From IMG/VR virus record IMGVR_UViG_3300045988_105143, positions 1 through 64,000 of that record: DNA of 64,000 bases. One strand, given 5' to 3'. Origin of the DNA: a virus. Positions within the stretch are counted from its first letter, which is position 1. Each line of letters starts with the position of its first letter. Made by a program: the position numbers and the translations under genes. The notes beneath the pieces were generated by a model. The model did no database searches. It was not told where the DNA came from and saw only the letters and a program-made list of their open reading frames with translations. This document shows, one piece after another, positions 18,064 to 27,454 of this stretch.

Positions 18064-19191
18064 ATGAATTTCTGTGATTTACATAGCCATAGCGACTACT
18101 CAATATTTGATGGGTTCGCCACTATAGATGATAAGATAAAAAGAGCAAAAGAGTTGGGTTATACAGCATTAGCTATGACAGAGCATGGGACAACCACTGG
18201 ACTAATGGAATTCTATCTAAAATGCAATAATGCAGGCATTAAACCAATACTAGGTTATGAGGGATATTTAAGTTTAGAACCAGATGTACAAGGAGGAGAA
18301 ACATATCACATACTTCTTCTATGTAAGGATTTAACTGGTTACCGCAACCTTATGAAAATAGCTACATATGCTTCTGAACATTTCTATCGAAAACCACGAT
18401 TAGGTTTTGAAATCCTTAACGAATGCAAAGAAGGTATTATTTGTAGTACAGCTTGTATTGCTGGTGTTTTAAGTTCTGAAAGACCAGACAATATGATTTA
18501 TGACCTGCATAAAATATTTGGTGATGATTTCTACTTAGAGGTCCAACCACACAAGTTTAAGGAACAATATGAATACAATAATATGGTATTTGACCTAAGT
18601 GAGAAATACAATATTCCTGTAATTATCACTGGCGATAGCCACTATGTAATGCCAGAAGATGCAAGTACTCATAGATTATGGTTAAGTTTAGCGGAAGATA
18701 GCGAATACTATGGTAGTGGTGATTACCATATGATGAGTAAGTCAGAAATGGCTGAGTTCTTTAAATTCAATACAGATGAATACTTCCAAAATGTATCTGA
18801 CATTATAGGTAAATGTAATGTTGAAATTCCTATGGGTGGAGAAAACTTCCCTAAATTTGACACACCAGACCCTCTTAGATTTATAAAGGATAAATGTAAC
18901 GAAGGTTGGAAGAGATTAGGTATACAAAACAAGCCTAATTGGAGGCAATATAAAGAACAGGCTATGCACGAATTCGAAGTATTAGATAAATGCCATTACA
19001 CAAATTATATGTGCATTATTTATGATATGTTAGAATTCTGTAGAAATAACAGTATCCCAATTGGTCCTGGTCGTGGGTCAGTAGGTGGCTCTCTAGTAGC
19101 ATACCTTATGGGTATTACAGAAGTAGACCCTATTAGATTTAACCTTGTATTTGAACGATTTGCCAATCCAGAACGTGTCACATTGCCAGAT
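18064..19191 (+). CDS. dnaE: DNA polymerase III alpha subunit, exon 1 (PHP domain to FERFANPERVTLPD)
   Basis: DLHSHSDYSIFDG PHP motif, GPGRGSVGGSLVAYLMGIT and FERFANPERV..PD. The conserved PDID motif is broken after codon 376, and the frame stops 2 codons later. Confidence 0.9.
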
Positions 19192-19949
19192 AAACAATAA
19201 AATGTCGAGCTATATAGAAATATATAGTGTTAAGCCTCGTGAACCTTATAGCAAAAAGGGTGTGCCGAAAGGTGCTAACGGTGAAACTCCTTATAGGACA
19301 ACACCGTGCTAAGAATTCACAGTCACGGATTGGAGGTTTACATGAAAAATGTAAAAGGATATGAAGGGCTGTATGCTATCACAACAAACGGTGACGTATG
19401 GAGTTATAAGTCAAATAAGTTTTTATCTACATTTGCAGGTAAAACTTCAAATTATTTGCAAGTAAAATTAACTAAGAACGGCGTAAGGAAACATCATCTA
19501 GTTCATCGTTTAGTTGCTTTAACTTACATTGATAATCCAGATAATTTACCTGAAGTTGACCATATTGATAACGACATACTTAATAACAATGTTAGTAATC
19601 TAAGATGGATAACCAGAAAAGGTAATTTATATAAGTCTTATAACACGATGGGACCGACTAGGAACCATAGGGTATGTTATGTATATAAGGACAATAAATT
19701 TATTGGGTTATTTAACTCTGTTTTAGAAGCGGCTAGATTTTGTGCAGAAGAATTTGGTTTATCTAAATCTTCTTTAGCAAAATATAGAAAAGTTAAAAAT
19801 GTTAAAATAGTGGCTGTGAATTAAAGTGTAACGACTAGCCCAAAGGGGCGTAGGGTGGGTATTGCTCCATTCGAAGTGCGAGGGACCTAAGTCATTTATG
19901 ATATGGTTAAGAGATAGTCTACTCCTTATGGTAACATAAGGTATTAAGG
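19192..19949 (+). mobile_element. group-I-type self-splicing intron carrying a homing endonuclease
   Basis: 758 nt inserted exactly inside the conserved ..NPERV(S/T)xPD|IDxD.. motif. The last exon-1 base is T and the last insert base is G. The downstream frame is open only from 19935 and has no start before conserved residues. GC-rich structured flanks surround an HNH ORF. Confidence 0.7.
19342..19824 (+). CDS. HNH homing endonuclease (NUMOD4 + HNH_3 type)
   Basis: GGAGG RBS then ATG 19342. YEGLYAITTNGDVWS (NUMOD4-like). HHLVHRLVALTYI...VDHIDNDILNNNVSNLRWITRKGN (HNH). Confidence 0.8.
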   Translation: MKNVKGYEGLYAITTNGDVWSYKSNKFLSTFAGKTSNYLQVKLTKNGVRKHHLVHRLVALTYIDNPDNLPEVDHIDNDILNNNVSNLRWITRKGNLYKSYNTMGPTRNHRVCYVYKDNKFIGLFNSVLEAARFCAEEFGLSKSSLAKYRKVKNVKIVAVN

Positions 19950-21689
19950 ATCGACTGCGACGTCTCTTCAGATAGACGAGGCGAGGTTATTGAATACATT
20001 AGACAAAAATATGGTACTGTTCATCAGATTAGAACTATTAGCTACATGCAACCTAAATCATCTGTTCAAAGGGCTGGTAAAGCATTGGGGTATGAACCAT
20101 CTGCTATAGATGAAATTTCAACTAAGATACAAACGTTAGATGAAGTAAAAGACGATAAGCTTAGAGAATTGGCTAAAAAATTCGATGGGCATATTGAAAA
20201 ATATAGCGTTCACGCATCCGCCGTTGTCGTGTTCCCTAAAGATGTCTCAAATTGGTGTGCTATTGAAAAGAGTAAAGACTCATTCTCAGCGGCACAAGAC
20301 TTCCACTTATTAGAAAAACAGGGAATTATGAAGCTTGATATTCTGGGATTAAAGAACTTAGATATTATAGATTGGACTATTAAACAAGTAGGTAAAGATA
20401 ACTTATCTATTAGAGATATTCCATATCAAGATGACTATACATCACGTATGTTAAGAGCTGGCTTTACAGAAGGGTGTTTCCAAATAGAATCTAAAGGTAT
20501 GACCGATATTATTAAGGCTATTAATACTTCTAAAGTAGAAGACCTTATCGATACAGTTGCTTTACATAGACCAGGACCACTAGATTCTGGTATGGTAGAG
20601 GTATTTGAGCGACGTAGGCAGGGCATAGAGCCAGTTACATATCTACACCCTAAGCTAGAACCAATTCTGAAGGATACAGAGGGTATTATTTTATACCAAG
20701 AACAAATTCTACAGATTGCTCGTGAGTTGTGTGGGTATACATATGGTGAAGCCGATAATCTTAGACGTATTATTGGTAGAAAAATTGTTGATGAAATGCA
20801 ACCAGCTATAGATGAGATGGCGAAGAAGGGTTTAGAAAATGGAATTCCTAAAGAAATTATGCAAGAGATATGCGACGAGATTATCACTTTTGCTAATTAT
20901 GGATTTAACAAAGGTCATTCTGCGGCGTATGGGCTTCTTGCGTGGTATACGGCGTATTTAAAAGCTCATTATACACCGGAGTATATGGCATCATTGATAG
21001 AAATGGCTTCAAGAGATACTCAATCTCGTGATAAGTTGGTGTTCTTTATAGAACACTGTAAAAGAATTAACGTGAATGTTTCAAAGCCAGATTTATTAAG
21101 AGGAAGTATGCAATGTACCACTAATGGCAGAACTGTTGTTATGGGTTTTAATACCATTGCTGGTGTTGGTCGCATTGAAATAGAACCGTCCAATAATGCT
21201 TTACAATTCTTAGAAAATAATTTACACTTAAATAAAACGATGCTTAAAAACATTATCAAGTCAGGTGCTTGTGATGATTATACAGATAAAACTAGGTGGG
21301 AATTATTAGAATATGTCGATTGGTTAAAGGATAAGCGTAAATCAAAAGGCGAGTTTAAATACTCTGGCGAACAGGAACAGTCATATGGAGAGATGGAATA
21401 TGATGTTTTACGTTACACATTCACTGATATATTTAAAGAATACGATACGAGCATAGTAGATGGAAGTACAAATGTTATAGCATTGGTTACTAAAACCAAG
21501 GCACATAGAACAAAAAAAGGTAAACCTATGGGCTTTATAGAAATATATACACCTAGTAAAGGTGCTATTAAGGCTGTAATGTTTGAGCCAAAATTTGAAC
21601 TACTCAATAAAGGTCAAGTGTATATCATGAGAATGGATAATACAGTAATACAAGATTTCATTGTCGCTAAAAAAACATTTGACAAATAA
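19950..21689 (+). CDS. dnaE: DNA polymerase III alpha subunit, exon 2
   Basis: Begins IDCDVSSDRRGEVIEYIRQKYG, the continuation of the PDIDxDF..RR..V..Y...KYG motif. Also ALHRPGP, YQEQ and FNKGHSAAY. In frame with the listed ORF 20046-21689. Confidence 0.9.
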   Translation: MDCDVSSDRRGEVIEYIRQKYGTVHQIRTISYMQPKSSVQRAGKALGYEPSAIDEISTKIQTLDEVKDDKLRELAKKFDGHIEKYSVHASAVVVFPKDVSNWCAIEKSKDSFSAAQDFHLLEKQGIMKLDILGLKNLDIIDWTIKQVGKDNLSIRDIPYQDDYTSRMLRAGFTEGCFQIESKGMTDIIKAINTSKVEDLIDTVALHRPGPLDSGMVEVFERRRQGIEPVTYLHPKLEPILKDTEGIILYQEQILQIARELCGYTYGEADNLRRIIGRKIVDEMQPAIDEMAKKGLENGIPKEIMQEICDEIITFANYGFNKGHSAAYGLLAWYTAYLKAHYTPEYMASLIEMASRDTQSRDKLVFFIEHCKRINVNVSKPDLLRGSMQCTTNGRTVVMGFNTIAGVGRIEIEPSNNALQFLENNLHLNKTMLKNIIKSGACDDYTDKTRWELLEYVDWLKDKRKSKGEFKYSGEQEQSYGEMEYDVLRYTFTDIFKEYDTSIVDGSTNVIALVTKTKAHRTKKGKPMGFIEIYTPSKGAIKAVMFEPKFELLNKGQVYIMRMDNTVIQDFIVAKKTFDK

Positions 21690-21707
21690 TCTGTTTTGTG
21701 GTATAAT
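21679..21707 (+). promoter_or_regulatory. consensus promoter P4
   Basis: TTGACA 21679-21684, 17-nt spacer, TGg, TATAAT 21702-21707. Overlaps the dnaE stop. Confidence 0.75.
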
Positions 21708-21762
21708 ACAGGTAAAGGAAGTAGATAACCTTTATTTATATTTTAGTTTACAAGGAGACACT

Positions 21763-22560
21763 ATGAATCAAGAAAAAATCAAAGAAGTTTTCGAAGTATT
21801 GAAAGCTCCATTCCACCCAGATGATATTGAGTGGAGACCTCAACGCTTTGTTAAAAATGGTAAAACGCAAGCACTAGCTTACGTTACTGCTCGTGCAGTT
21901 ATGGAAAGACTGGACGAAGCTGTAGGTCCTGCAAATTGGGATATGGGTTTAGAGCCTATTGATATGGGCGTTACATCTAAACTCGATAAACAAGGGAATA
22001 CCACAGACCTTAAAGGCTTTAAGTGCACTCTAATTCTCCGTATTGAAGACGAAGATGGTAATGTGCAATTTGTACAGCGTGCTGATGTAGCAAATCTAAC
22101 AGATTTTGAGGCTATTAAGGGTGGTGCTTCTGGTGCCATGAAACGAGCGGCAGTCCAATTTGGTATTGGTCGATACCTATACGGTATTGGTGATACTTGG
22201 GCTGAAACAGACGACTACGGCCGCATCAAGTCAGCCCCTAGATTACCAGACTGGGCATTGCCAGATGGTTTTACCTATCCAAATACGCCATCTAATGTAA
22301 AATATCCTACACAACCAGCTCATGACAGTGGGGATATTCCAGTTACTGGGTTTGACACTGATGCTGACGACGAATATGGTGGCTCAGATGATAACCCATT
22401 AATTACGTTTGGTAAACATAATGGCAAACGTTTTAGCGATATCCCATTAGATTATATCCAATGGCTATCTAATAATGCTCAAAAACCAGACATTAAAGAA
22501 GCGGCTAAGCGATGGGTAGAAAAACATGGTGGCTCTGGTTCTGAGGATGCTCCATGGTAA
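21763..22560 (+). CDS. Rad52/Sak-type single-strand annealing protein
   Basis: AAGGAG RBS then ATG 21763. IEWRPQ..., LAYVTARAVMERLDEAVGP.NW and GGASGAMKRAAVQFGIGRYLY are typical of Rad52-family annealases. The C-terminal FGKHNGKRFSDIPLDYIQWL module is seen on other phage proteins. Confidence 0.7.
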   Translation: MNQEKIKEVFEVLKAPFHPDDIEWRPQRFVKNGKTQALAYVTARAVMERLDEAVGPANWDMGLEPIDMGVTSKLDKQGNTTDLKGFKCTLILRIEDEDGNVQFVQRADVANLTDFEAIKGGASGAMKRAAVQFGIGRYLYGIGDTWAETDDYGRIKSAPRLPDWALPDGFTYPNTPSNVKYPTQPAHDSGDIPVTGFDTDADDEYGGSDDNPLITFGKHNGKRFSDIPLDYIQWLSNNAQKPDIKEAAKRWVEKHGGSGSEDAPW

Positions 22561-22868
22561 TCTCAATGGAAGTAGCTAAAGAGCTAGGTGCTGTATCTGC
22601 TATTTTTCACGGATATATTCATGAAAAATCTAGAAAAGGGATTATGGTAAAAGGGGTTCTAGTAACCCCTATATCCCATAAAGAATTACTAGCTCTAGGT
22701 ATTATAAGAAAAAGTGCTATTATTAGCCATTTAAGAAGCTTGATTGAACATGGCTATATTGTTATGACATCTAAAATAAATACACCTGATGATAAAGTAC
22801 CATTTGCTAAATTGCAAACATCAAAGGGTTATTTATATATGGGTACAACTGATAAGGTTAAATTATAG
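22554..22868 (+). CDS. hypothetical protein, possible winged-helix
   Basis: 104-aa ORF overlapping the upstream stop. LRSLIEHGYIVMT resembles a wHTH recognition region (weak). Confidence 0.5.
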   Translation: MVISMEVAKELGAVSAIFHGYIHEKSRKGIMVKGVLVTPISHKELLALGIIRKSAIISHLRSLIEHGYIVMTSKINTPDDKVPFAKLQTSKGYLYMGTTDKVKL

Positions 22869-22922
22869 ACTACTCAATATTAATAAAGATATAAAATATG
22901 TGCCATAAAGGAGAGTGATATA

Positions 22923-23246
22923 TTGACATATGCTGGTAAACTGCAAAAGGTTGTTACATTGTATCTAAAGAAATGTTCAGATAAGCCTGCTTTCACACGA
23001 GGTAAACCAAGCCAAGATTATTGGAGAATACGAGGATACTTTTTTAAACAAGACCCTGACATTGTGAATATAGTATATGACTTTCTTTTAGAAATGCCTA
23101 ATCGAGATATTGTTCCTCCATGGACAATTATAGATAGGGCTAGGGCGTATCAAACAGAATTAAGATGGAAAGAAGTTAAGGAGGAAAAAGTAAAGAAACA
23201 TGAGGCAGTCAACCCTTATTCATTTGATAGTTTAATGAATCTATAG
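22923..23246 (+). CDS. hypothetical protein
   Basis: 107-aa ORF with TTG start 9 nt after AGGAG. Confidence 0.5.
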   Translation: MTYAGKLQKVVTLYLKKCSDKPAFTRGKPSQDYWRIRGYFFKQDPDIVNIVYDFLLEMPNRDIVPPWTIIDRARAYQTELRWKEVKEEKVKKHEAVNPYSFDSLMNL

Positions 23247-23258
23247 GAGTTGATATTT

Positions 23259-23417
23259 ATGAATAACAAACAAGAAATTTTACAACGCTTGACATCTATT
23301 ATTGATTATGCTACACTGTCTAAGAAGCAAAACGAACTTGGACAAGGGGTTTATATTGCAATCATTAAGGATTTATGTGTTGAAATTGAAGAGCTGTTAG
23401 GAGTAAAAGAAGATTGA
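23259..23417 (+). CDS. small hypothetical protein (52 aa, below ORF-track cutoff)
   Basis: AGGAG RBS then ATG 23259. TGA 23415-23417 overlaps the TTG start of the primase gene. Confidence 0.5.
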   Translation: MNNKQEILQRLTSIIDYATLSKKQNELGQGVYIAIIKDLCVEIEELLGVKED

Positions 23418-25381
23418 GTGTAGAAAACCTATTAAAAACAAAAGTAGACATAGTAGAATATATCGGTAGAACAACAGAATTAAGACATAAAGGCTCGCTA
23501 TTTGAAGGAAGATGCCCAATTCACGGGAGTGATGAGGGCACTCCTTTAGTAGTTTATCCACAAACTAATAGTTATTTTTGTTTCGCTTGTGAAAGCGGAG
23601 GAGATATTATACAGTTCGTCAGTGACTATGAGGATGTATCTCGCACAGTAGCTATAAAGAAATTAGCACAAGAGTGTAATATTAACTTAGACTCTGATGA
23701 AAACTGGAATAAATCAGTTAAGGTAGAAGAAGATTGTAAACGCATTATTGAACGCTCGGTAAAGCAATTGCCTAAAATACATGAGTACCTAAAGAAACGT
23801 GGTTTTACAGATGAAACTATTGGTGACTTTAAATTAGGATTTGACTCTGATTGTCTTGTAATTCCTATTTACAACGAATATGGTCAGCCAGTTGCTATAG
23901 CTAAACGGCAATTTGACCGTAGTCCTAAATACATTAACACACGCAACAATATAATGTATGATAAATCCGCCTTGTTATATAACTTAGATAAGGTTATCAA
24001 GCAAAAGAAAAAAGATACCCTATATATGGTCGAAGGATATATGGACGCTATTAGTGGACATCAAATGGGTTTGTCTACAGTTGCGTATTGTGGTAATGAA
24101 GTACATAGGGACCAATTACGTACACTACAGCGGACTTTACGAAAAATTCCTACTATTATATATTGCCCAGATAATGATGTGGAAGGTATTAAACGTGTCC
24201 CACGTGTGCGTGACTATTTCAAAGAAATTTTACCACGTGCAACAGTTAGAATACTAGAACTGCCAGATGGTATTAAGGATTTAAATGATGCATTGTTGGC
24301 TGGAGTTGATATTGATTCTTTACCAAAAACACATATTGATAAATATGTATTGTGGTTTATGTTAGATAGTTGTAAATCTCCAGAGGAGGAATACGATGTA
24401 GCTCATAACTTTTTAAAAACTGTAAGCAATCCACTATTTAAGGCGGATATAATTAAAAAGCTATGTGAACGTTGGAAAAGAGAGTTCTCGGAGTTAAAGG
24501 ATTTCTTTGAAAACTATCAAGAAGATACAGACGAACTCGTCCAAAACGCGGCGACAACACAAGAATCTATTGATGATTTAAAAAACTTATATCTTCGAGG
24601 AGAATATAAGACACATTTTAAGTGCTTAGATAATTGTATCGGTGGTATGGTCAAATCTCATGTGATGATTGTAGGGGCATATTCATCATCTGGTAAAACT
24701 GATTGGCTTATTGAGTATATCTTGCGACAAGTTGTTGCTAATAAGGCTAGAACTATATTCTTTTCCTTAGAAATGTCTAAGGGTAAGGTTATGGAACGTA
24801 TTATTGCTAAGATTCTCCAAATCCCTTTACGTGATGTAAGAGACTTGGTTCTAAATGGGGATGAACGTATAGCTCAGGTTGAAGCTAAATTAGCTGAACG
24901 ATTAATTATCTATGATGATAATGGTCTATCAATCGATGATATAAAGGCTCGTATCATAGCTTGTAACCGTAAAAATACTTTAGGTGGACCAGTTGATATT
25001 GTGGCTGTAGACTATTTCACGTATCTCAAAGGTGCTAACACATATGAAGGGGCTTCGGAACAGGCTTTAAAAATGAAAGGCATAGCAAAGGAATTAAATA
25101 TTATCTTTGTAATGCTCAGCCAATTAAACCGTGGAGCTAATACATATAATGAGCCTACTATGGATTTACTTCGTATGACTGGCGATATTGAAGCTAGTGG
25201 CGATGTTATTATTATGCTATGGAGACCCGAGAAAGAACCAGGTCTTTCATTACAAAAGCAGGAAGAATTAAAAAACATTACTCGCATGAAGGTGGAGAAA
25301 GCACGTGATGGTATATACGGACCAATGCGTATGGAGTTAAAATATAATTCTAATACATCAAGATTAGAAGAAATCGCTTGA
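23414..25381 (+). CDS. bifunctional DNA primase / DnaB-like replicative helicase
   Basis: CHC2 zinc finger CPIHGSDEGTPLVVYPQTNSYFCFACESGGD, Toprim (MVEGYMDAIS, CPDNDVEG). C-terminal Walker A GAYSSSGKTDW, Walker B VDIVAVDY and QLNRG. Confidence 0.85.
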   Translation: MSVENLLKTKVDIVEYIGRTTELRHKGSLFEGRCPIHGSDEGTPLVVYPQTNSYFCFACESGGDIIQFVSDYEDVSRTVAIKKLAQECNINLDSDENWNKSVKVEEDCKRIIERSVKQLPKIHEYLKKRGFTDETIGDFKLGFDSDCLVIPIYNEYGQPVAIAKRQFDRSPKYINTRNNIMYDKSALLYNLDKVIKQKKKDTLYMVEGYMDAISGHQMGLSTVAYCGNEVHRDQLRTLQRTLRKIPTIIYCPDNDVEGIKRVPRVRDYFKEILPRATVRILELPDGIKDLNDALLAGVDIDSLPKTHIDKYVLWFMLDSCKSPEEEYDVAHNFLKTVSNPLFKADIIKKLCERWKREFSELKDFFENYQEDTDELVQNAATTQESIDDLKNLYLRGEYKTHFKCLDNCIGGMVKSHVMIVGAYSSSGKTDWLIEYILRQVVANKARTIFFSLEMSKGKVMERIIAKILQIPLRDVRDLVLNGDERIAQVEAKLAERLIIYDDNGLSIDDIKARIIACNRKNTLGGPVDIVAVDYFTYLKGANTYEGASEQALKMKGIAKELNIIFVMLSQLNRGANTYNEPTMDLLRMTGDIEASGDVIIMLWRPEKEPGLSLQKQEELKNITRMKVEKARDGIYGPMRMELKYNSNTSRLEEIA

Positions 25382-25406
25382 CAAAGTGTATCATTTATGG
25401 TATAAT
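25378..25406 (+). promoter_or_regulatory. consensus promoter P5
   Basis: TTGACA 25378-25383, 17-nt spacer, TGg, TATAAT 25401-25406. Confidence 0.8.
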
Positions 25407-25425
25407 ATGGGTAAGAGGTGATGAT

Positions 25426-25611
25426 ATGACAGTAGGCGAATTAATAGAAAAACTACAAAAATATGACAAACACCAAAAAGTCATACTAGATATCAACGAT
25501 AATTGGGATAATCATAGTCGTGATATTGAGGCTATATATGAAGATTATCTTATTGATATGCATGGAATCTCACATAACGAAAAATGCGTATATTTAGAAA
25601 CAGAAATTTAA
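25426..25611 (+). CDS. small protein, paralog 1 of MTV-x-(E/Q)L(I/V) triplet
   Basis: AAGAGGTG RBS then ATG 25426. The listed 25378 TTG start is the -35 box. MTVGELIEKLQKY... Confidence 0.6.
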   Translation: MTVGELIEKLQKYDKHQKVILDINDNWDNHSRDIEAIYEDYLIDMHGISHNEKCVYLETEI

Positions 25612-25630
25612 AAAGAGGAGAAACTATATC

Positions 25631-25837
25631 ATGACAGTAAAACAATTAATAGAAAAATTACAAGAATACCCTAAAAACACCGTTGTTCAGGTAGGTGCGA
25701 GTTACTCTTGGGATTATTGTCAAGGTAATATAACTGATATTATTCCAGATAAACCCCGTACCGAATATAGAAAGTCAGATATCGGTAAAACATGTATATT
25801 GTTATTAGCTGACAATGATAAGGAATTGGGAAAATAG
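25631..25837 (+). CDS. small protein, paralog 2
   Basis: MTVKQLIEKLQEYPKNTVV..., with GAGGAG RBS. Confidence 0.6.
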   Translation: MTVKQLIEKLQEYPKNTVVQVGASYSWDYCQGNITDIIPDKPRTEYRKSDIGKTCILLLADNDKELGK

Positions 25838-25839
25838 TT

Positions 25840-26028
25840 ATGACTGTACGACAATTAGTAGACTTGTTATCAGACTATAGCCCCAATACATTAGTTAAGT
25901 TTGAATATTATGATGGTGATATACAGCTTGACAGTAATATATCAGACGTGTATATGGGGAAAATATCGGATTATGGTAGTAATAATAGTAATATAGAATG
26001 TATTTATCTATACGGAGATGACTCATAA
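25840..26028 (+). CDS. small protein, paralog 3
   Basis: MTVRQLVDLLSDYSPNTLV..., 2 nt after the previous stop. Confidence 0.6.
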   Translation: MTVRQLVDLLSDYSPNTLVKFEYYDGDIQLDSNISDVYMGKISDYGSNNSNIECIYLYGDDS

Positions 26029-26226
26029 ATGAAAGTACATGAACTACATAATATTTGGTATGACGGGAATAGAAGCGACCCGATGTTTATGATTATCTGT
26101 AAGAATATGCTTGATTATATGCGTATTGAAACAACAGAAGATAGTATTTTATACGAAGTTATGAGAGATGATGTCAAGTATAATACCGAGGATTGTTTGC
26201 GTCTACTTACAGAGGAGGAGGAATAG
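26029..26226 (+). CDS. hypothetical protein
   Basis: 65-aa ORF abutting the previous stop (TAAATG). Confidence 0.5.
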   Translation: MKVHELHNIWYDGNRSDPMFMIICKNMLDYMRIETTEDSILYEVMRDDVKYNTEDCLRLLTEEEE

Positions 26227-27135
26227 GTGCCATATACAAAGTATATTTGCCCAGACGGACACGAGGTCGGTATAGATGAATGTCTTACAGCTTGTAGATT
26301 AGAAGGGCAAATCAATCCAAATACTGGAGAATTATATTGCCCAGCTGGTAGGTGCCTTTCTAAACGTACTCTTATTGCTATAGCAGACCAGAGAGAGTGG
26401 ACTGGTACTCCTAGTACTACTCAGCTATTAGCTGGTACCAGGGAAAATTATTTGAAAATTACACAGGATTATGCAATAAATCCGATGGATTCACTCTTTA
26501 TGTTACATGGAACCAAGGTACATGATTATTTAGAAAAATACACAGATGAAGACGGTATTTCAGAAGTAAGAATTGATGATGGTACTTCTACTGGTGCGTT
26601 TGACTATTACTCATCTGAGAACGGTGGGACATTATATGATAATAAGACGTATGGCTCTTGGAAAGTAGCTAAGGTTTTAGGCTTATATACAAAGCGTGTT
26701 CCAACAGGAGAGGTGTATAAGACTGGAGCTAAGAAAGGTCAGCCGAAATTTCGGAATGAAATTCGTACTGACGGAGCTAAACATAGGTTAGACCTAGCAA
26801 TCCAACTTAATGATTATCGGATGAAGATAGAAAAAGAATTAAAGAAACCAGTAAATAATCTGGTATGTGAGGTAATCGTGCGCGATGGTAATACATATAT
26901 TGCAACACAACGAGGTATCACTAGCCCTGGTTATTTAGTTCCTATTAATAAGATAAGTGATAAGTGGATTGAAAGGTACATGAAAAAGAAAGCCAATGAT
27001 CTAACAAAGGCTTTAGAAACAGGTACGTTACCCCCTCCATGTAGGAATTCCGAATGTTGGGGTGGTATGAAATGTGAACGCTACTGTAATGTAGCTAAGT
27101 TTTGTGATAAAGGAAAGAAAAATGAAAACGATTAA
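26227..27135 (+). CDS. PD-(D/E)XK nuclease, Cas4/RecB-like with Cys cluster
   Basis: GTG start after GAGGAGGAGG. GTKVHDYLE, GAFDYY, LYDNKTY (D-x-K) and AIQLNDY (QxxxY). N-terminal Cys residues plus C-terminal CRNSECWGGMKCERYCNVAKFC. Confidence 0.55.
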   Translation: MPYTKYICPDGHEVGIDECLTACRLEGQINPNTGELYCPAGRCLSKRTLIAIADQREWTGTPSTTQLLAGTRENYLKITQDYAINPMDSLFMLHGTKVHDYLEKYTDEDGISEVRIDDGTSTGAFDYYSSENGGTLYDNKTYGSWKVAKVLGLYTKRVPTGEVYKTGAKKGQPKFRNEIRTDGAKHRLDLAIQLNDYRMKIEKELKKPVNNLVCEVIVRDGNTYIATQRGITSPGYLVPINKISDKWIERYMKKKANDLTKALETGTLPPPCRNSECWGGMKCERYCNVAKFCDKGKKNEND

Positions 27136-27454
27136 TTTAGATAAGTTTGACGTATTGTCGGCTAACCATCTGACACTCATTGGCCAATTATTCCTAATGA
27201 AAAATAAACAATATGCCAGTGGTAACGATGTGTTGTCAGCTTTTAAAGAAAGTGCTAAACGACAGTTTGGTGAATTGACACAAGACGGCGCATTTAAGGC
27301 TTGTATGCAATTTAAAGATAAACACGATTTAGCTTTGTTACAGCATGGTACATTGCTACCAGATGCGAAAGAGCGTTTGTATGATATTGTAGTTTATTGT
27401 TTGTTGGGTTTAGCAATTTTAAGTGGTGAAGATGAAGAGTTGCAAAGTATCTAA
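27122..27454 (+). CDS. hypothetical all-alpha protein (DUF1599/MazG-like?)
   Basis: ATG 27122 after AAAGGAAAG. KNKQYASGNDVLSAFKE ... KDKHDLALLQ ... LYDIVVYCLL resembles DUF1599 (weak recall). Confidence 0.4.
   Translation: MKTINLDKFDVLSANHLTLIGQLFLMKNKQYASGNDVLSAFKESAKRQFGELTQDGAFKACMQFKDKHDLALLQHGTLLPDAKERLYDIVVYCLLGLAILSGEDEELQSI

Noticed and set aside
20435-20887. 150-aa antisense ORF inside dnaE exon 2, and the similar 172-aa antisense ORF 58582-59100 inside the capsid gene
   Set aside because: They lie opposite well-supported conserved genes. They have Ser/Ile/Cys-rich spurious composition and no RBS.
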